Made by a program: the position numbers and the translations under genes
Origin: Pseudobdellovibrionaceae bacterium
GTDB lineage: Bacteria; Bdellovibrionota; Bdellovibrionia; Bdellovibrionales; Bdellovibrionaceae
Length of the DNA: 30,050 nucleotides
Direction: 5' to 3'
NCBI GenBank assembly: GCA_044374645.1
Contig: JBILOD010000001.1
Span: forward strand, 1-30,050
In this document: one piece after another, positions 25,800 to 30,050 of the stretch
Layout of the letters: each line of letters begins with the position of its first letter
Numbering within the stretch: position 1 is the first letter of the stretch
The notes under the pieces: model-generated
What the model saw: only the letters and a program-made list of their open reading frames with translations
What the model was told of the DNA's origin: nothing
The model's database searches: none

Positions 25800-26423
25800 A
25801 TGGTGCGCTCTGAATTGCAACGTGAACGCTGGGTCATTCTGTTTTTATTGGCTGGAGTATTCTTATTCGTGATTGGAGATCTAATCTCTGACGCTCCCGA
25901 AAAGTTGCAGGGAGTGCATTTATTTGTCGAGATTGGAATCGGACTATTCTCCTTTTTAGGAATTGTTTTCTTCTATGTGATTTCAGCGAAGGCCCGATTA
26001 GAGTTGGCGGATACTCAGACGGACCTTAGTGCAAAGACTCACGAATTGAATTCGGTTCAATCAGAATTAGAAGTGACCAAGGTGGCACTCAGAGAATCGG
26101 AAGAACAGAAAAAGAAATTGACCCAAGAAAGCTTGAATTGGCGTGCTGAAGCCGACAAACACATCAAGGGTCTGTCAGAGAATATCGATCGCCAGTTGGA
26201 GCGATGGTCACTCACTGGCGCGGAAAAAGAAGTGGCCTTATTATTATTGAAAGGTTTGGGACTCAAAGAAATTGCCTCTTTGAGAGGGGTAGCTGAGAAA
26301 ACCATTCGAGCTCAGGCCACGGTCATTTACCATAAATCAGGATTGAATGGGCGCTCTGAGTTTGCTGCTTTTTTTCTCGAAGATTTACTCGCTCCCAAGG
26401 ACCCTTTTAAAGGTCACACTTGA
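25800..26423 (+). CDS. Membrane-anchored LuxR-family HTH transcriptional regulator
   Basis: Two N-terminal TM helices and a coiled coil, then LT.AEKEVALLLLKGL..KEIA..RG..EKTIR.Q...IY.K. No receiver domain. Confidence 0.9.
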   Translation: MVRSELQRERWVILFLLAGVFLFVIGDLISDAPEKLQGVHLFVEIGIGLFSFLGIVFFYVISAKARLELADTQTDLSAKTHELNSVQSELEVTKVALRESEEQKKKLTQESLNWRAEADKHIKGLSENIDRQLERWSLTGAEKEVALLLLKGLGLKEIASLRGVAEKTIRAQATVIYHKSGLNGRSEFAAFFLEDLLAPKDPFKGHT

Positions 26424-26452
26424 GAGTTTTAAACCGGGCTTCGCCCAGAGCC

Positions 26453-26998
26453 CTAAAAGCCCGCGTTTGATGTGTCGCGAACAAATTTTGAAAGAAAATA
26501 CTTAATGACACTTTCTACTTTCACTGGATGTTTCTTATAAGTCCAGATCGTTTCATTAAAAGGTCCCCAAATCATTTCAAGGAGCTCTTCTTCACCACGA
26601 AATTGTGGAGCAGTGAGATTGTTGGTAACAGTGGAGCCTAGGAGATTCATTGAACTTACCGAGGGTAGGGCCGGATTCATGAAGTGTGTGCGAATCGAAA
26701 TCACACCTGGTTGTTTGAGTGAAAATACTAATTTGAAACCATTGCGAAATAACATAAAGTCGGCATGAGTTTTAGCGATACTATAGACTTTAATCTTGCT
26801 GGCGGTAGATTGTTTGTATTCATTAAAAACCTCGACCGCATCATTGAAGCCGCTGCGTAACTGGGCCAGCAAGGTGAGGGCGGCACCAATCATGGCGCGA
26901 TCTGGATCATTGTGAGAATCAAAATCAACGACACCAGTTTCTTCAATTTGTTCTTCGGTGCGGATGAGTTCGTGAATCCAATCATATTTTGAAATCAT
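26453..26998 (-). CDS. Cytoplasmic hypothetical protein
   Basis: SD AAGGAG; 181 codons; globular composition; no recognised family. Confidence 0.8.
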   Translation of the reverse strand: MISKYDWIHELIRTEEQIEETGVVDFDSHNDPDRAMIGAALTLLAQLRSGFNDAVEVFNEYKQSTASKIKVYSIAKTHADFMLFRNGFKLVFSLKQPGVISIRTHFMNPALPSVSSMNLLGSTVTNNLTAPQFRGEEELLEMIWGPFNETIWTYKKHPVKVESVIKYFLSKFVRDTSNAGF

Positions 26999-27097
26999 AA
27001 ATGTGGCTCCTTCCTTGGGGTCACATAGGCTAAAAGCTAACTGGTGCCGGATTGGACGTATCTCCCAACCAGCCAGTCATTAGTTATTAGATCACGG

Positions 27098-30013
27098 CTA
27101 TATCTGAAAGCCAATGAAAGCAGTGGTCTTAGAGGGTCCAGAATAATCAGGACGTTGGTAGAGTCCCAGCAATACTGTAACAGGAAAGTAGTATCCCAAG
27201 GTTAAATCACTCTTAAATTCAACTCCATAACTGCTAAACACGGATTTGTGAAAAGTGCGGACGTAGTCTGGGACTGAAAAGTCGATGGCAAATCCATCAA
27301 GGCTCATTGCTTCTGCGAATAGACTCATCCGGGTACGCTTAACAAACGCAGGTAAGGTTCCCCAGCCAAAGTGTCGAGAAAGAGGAATATGATACTCCAG
27401 CGCCAACTCGTGGGCAGATTTGAAATAGAAATATCCCGGATCATATCCCCTGAGGACGAATTGCATTGTATTTAGGGCTTGGGAAAAATAGAAGGCATCT
27501 GTTTGCGAAAAATCGGAAACACCAATTTCGCCTGTGGTACCGAGAGTTTTAAAATTAATGGCAGCGATGTGACCATCCGGTAAATGTTTTGAATAAAAAT
27601 AGGTGGCATTCAGCGCTGCACGGCTTAGGGCTGTGAGTTCAGACGTTTTGATGAAGTGGTTCCCAATCAAACTGATTTGGTATCCAGCAAATGGTACTTC
27701 TGAGAACGCACTTTTGGCAGTGCCATCATAATTGAAAATAAATTTCGGGCCCAAATGTTTTTTGGAACTAGTGGCGGTAACGACATTGCCATCGAGTCCA
27801 AATCCTGTAGTGATGTTCTCACTGAATGGGCGTAAATCATGTGTGGCGACAAAGCTAACTTGTTGAGCTTGAAAACGATTATTTAGAATTGGCTGTATTT
27901 GTTCCTGTGCCGCAACGGCCACACCCATTGGCCATTCGGTGGTGGTATTGGTGTAGCTTAGTCCTACGCTTGATTCGTGGGTGAAGGAGTCATAGCCCGC
28001 TTGGGCCTGGTAGGTGTGTTTCTCTAGCGGGTCAAAGGCGGAAGTTGAAATTTGAGTGCCATAACCATTTTCGGTCATATAGACAAAGGGAAGCCAGTAG
28101 CGCGGCAATAAGAATCCTAAGCTTGAATAGGGTGTTTTAGGACCAATTTGGGAGCCAAATTCAGTTTCCAAGACTTCATCCGAGGTAGTTTCAGCTTTAT
28201 TTTGGCCGTACCGCTCATCCAAAAGTGAGGTGATGGCTGGGGGAGGGGAAGGTAAGGGTTCTTGAGGAAACGGGCTGTTAGCCACCAAAATCCCGGTGCT
28301 TCCCATTGATGTGGTATAGATCGTTCCCATTCTGTGATCGATGCATCCATCAAAAATAGCAGTTTCAGTGTGTGTCAGACGGCGGTAGGTCTTGAATTGA
28401 TCTTCGGTGAAGTAGAAGTTTTGAATTCCATTTTCCATCGCAACAAAAGAGTGGCCTTTGGCTTCTTGATTAAGCGAATCGATTTGGCTCAGTTTTGACC
28501 ATTGAATGAGTTCGACCTGTTTATTGGCAATATTAAGGGTTTTCAATGAAACATCGCCCTTGACGTCACGCTCAGTAAATAAAATCAGTTCATCACTCAA
28601 AAAGAGCGGGCTCGTGACTTTGTGAAACATCGGTGGCGAGAATTGAGTCTGTAGATCAGATCCATCCAGATTCAATGTGACCAATCGAGAGTTGGTTTGC
28701 TCTAACTGAACGGCCACAATTTTCTGACCGTTGGGAGAAATTCCAGGCTCACGGAGTCTCTGACCGGAGGTGATGCGACGGTGCTTTTGCTGGTTTAAAT
28801 CATAAAAATGCAAATCACTGAAGTTTGCATAGGCAGTGATATTTCGGACTTGATCAAAAATAAAGCCTGATGAGTCTGGCAGCCAGGCAACGCGATTGAT
28901 ATTTCCAGCAGGAGGTGCATCGTTGTTTTTGGCAGCACTTTTGTTGTCCATACTCAAAAACTCAGAGAAGGAATCAGTTTCCACGTTAAAGGGGCGACCT
29001 TGTTCATGGCGGTCAAGAATTTGGATGGAACTCTTGCCCCAGCGATTTTTAGCCACAAATGTCAAAAATCGTCCATCTGGACTGACTTGTGGACTATGAC
29101 TTTCTAAGAATTTTGGAGAAAGGGGCGAGAAAACAGTCGTAGGAGACTGGCGGAGAGTGTTTAGTTGAGCCTGAGTCTTATCGGAGATCACTTGGATGGC
29201 CTGAGTAAACCACTCTTCAAAATTTTTGCTGGTTTCTTCTTCTGCTGGACCATTGATCAGGTAAGGGATGCGGCTTGAATAATGCTGCAAAAGGTCTTCT
29301 GCTACCTTGCTATTTTTTTGATGCTGTATTTCGCTCATCAAGAGGGAGCCAAAGAGGTAGGGACGAGCGCCTCGGGGCCAAGTGTCCAGTTCCGATTCAT
29401 TGATTTCAGCAATTGAGTAGCGCTCAAGTTGCTGGTCTTTAGCTAGAGCTCTGAGCGCGGCATCTTGGTACTGAGAGCGGAGCCGGCCGTGGGTGGTGAA
29501 ACGTGTTTCCATTTCAACAGCAACACCTTCATGCCACCAGCGGGGCAGGAGCATTGTGGGTGTAATGATATTGCCGAAGGCATAACGGATGGCTTTCATG
29601 ATCCCATGGGCAGGTTCAAAATTGACGATATGTGCATACTCGTGGAGTGTGAGTTCTTGGGGCCAATCAGAATACTCGGAGATGCTTTCATGCGAGGTCG
29701 GCAAAACTGGGAAGAGCATGATGTGCGGATAGGGGACACGGGTAGCGTAACCGTTAGCGAGATCGGTATTGTCGTTGAGGATGACGACGGTTTTTTCAGG
29801 TGATTCAGTATAGTAAGTGCTCAGTAATTTATGGTTAAGTTCGAGCCTGAGAGCATATTTTCTCGCTGTTTGATAGTGCCGAGCGTCGTATATCACTTCA
29901 AAGTGGGGGGTGCTAAGCGTTTCCCACTGGATGTTGGGATCAACGATACTCCAAGTTTGTTTAGCTATGAGAATTGGCAACAGTGCAACGAGATAAAAAA
30001 ATGTTTTTTTCAT
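27098..30013 (-). CDS. Outer-membrane fusion: gluzincin-like metallopeptidase + TolB/PD40-like beta-propeller + Omp85-type beta-barrel
   Basis: Signal peptide; HEYAH...WWHEG; SPDG/SPNG-type repeats; barrel with LRGY motif and terminal FIGFQI. Confidence 0.82.
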   Translation of the reverse strand: MKKTFFYLVALLPILIAKQTWSIVDPNIQWETLSTPHFEVIYDARHYQTARKYALRLELNHKLLSTYYTESPEKTVVILNDNTDLANGYATRVPYPHIMLFPVLPTSHESISEYSDWPQELTLHEYAHIVNFEPAHGIMKAIRYAFGNIITPTMLLPRWWHEGVAVEMETRFTTHGRLRSQYQDAALRALAKDQQLERYSIAEINESELDTWPRGARPYLFGSLLMSEIQHQKNSKVAEDLLQHYSSRIPYLINGPAEEETSKNFEEWFTQAIQVISDKTQAQLNTLRQSPTTVFSPLSPKFLESHSPQVSPDGRFLTFVAKNRWGKSSIQILDRHEQGRPFNVETDSFSEFLSMDNKSAAKNNDAPPAGNINRVAWLPDSSGFIFDQVRNITAYANFSDLHFYDLNQQKHRRITSGQRLREPGISPNGQKIVAVQLEQTNSRLVTLNLDGSDLQTQFSPPMFHKVTSPLFLSDELILFTERDVKGDVSLKTLNIANKQVELIQWSKLSQIDSLNQEAKGHSFVAMENGIQNFYFTEDQFKTYRRLTHTETAIFDGCIDHRMGTIYTTSMGSTGILVANSPFPQEPLPSPPPAITSLLDERYGQNKAETTSDEVLETEFGSQIGPKTPYSSLGFLLPRYWLPFVYMTENGYGTQISTSAFDPLEKHTYQAQAGYDSFTHESSVGLSYTNTTTEWPMGVAVAAQEQIQPILNNRFQAQQVSFVATHDLRPFSENITTGFGLDGNVVTATSSKKHLGPKFIFNYDGTAKSAFSEVPFAGYQISLIGNHFIKTSELTALSRAALNATYFYSKHLPDGHIAAINFKTLGTTGEIGVSDFSQTDAFYFSQALNTMQFVLRGYDPGYFYFKSAHELALEYHIPLSRHFGWGTLPAFVKRTRMSLFAEAMSLDGFAIDFSVPDYVRTFHKSVFSSYGVEFKSDLTLGYYFPVTVLLGLYQRPDYSGPSKTTAFIGFQI

Positions 30014-30050
30014 TTTTTAATTGCAGCATTGAGTGTTGTTTTGGGCAATC

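Noticed and set aside
26436-26446. GGGC-TTC-GCCC hairpin between the convergent LuxR and 181-aa genes
   Set aside because: 4-bp stem and no adjacent U-tract; too weak to call a terminator.
97-30013. Window-wide protease/inhibitor theme (stanniocalcin-like, A2M, PepSY, M14, gluzincin)
   Set aside because: The genes are in separate transcription units interleaved with housekeeping genes, and protease-rich genomes would give this by chance; no evidence for one system.
1-30050. Defence systems, CRISPR arrays, prophage, IS elements, tRNA/rRNA
   Set aside because: No cas, nuclease, integrase, transposase or structural RNA signatures, and no regularly spaced repeats were seen.

Overview
30 kb bacterial chromosomal window, inferred to be from Bdellovibrionota (AlaS N-terminus MKSS[DE]xR, a DUF2802-like membrane protein, many orphan genes with signal peptides). 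No rRNA, tRNA, CRISPR array, integrase or transposase is visible. Housekeeping core: hsp20, a small outer-membrane beta-barrel, and alaS-recX lying back-to-back with pgpA-cinA-recA. An alpha-2-macroglobulin/pbpC operon, a PepSY-cytochrome b-membrane-anchored LuxR operon and a large gluzincin/beta-propeller/Omp85-barrel gene follow. Two accessory stretches stand out. (1) 97-1295: a secreted protein in which a 6-Cys N-terminal module is fused to a stanniocalcin-like domain, translationally coupled to a 4-TM orphan. (2) 8279-15913: six orphan or hydrolase genes, all with export signals. Inside it a ~4.3 kb cassette, carrying a tandem pair of remote paralogues, is flanked by the intact 3' end of an M14/DUF2817 peptidase gene and a decayed second copy of that 3' end (41 bp, 4 mismatches, 4362 bp apart). 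All family assignments come from motif recognition by eye, with no database searches.
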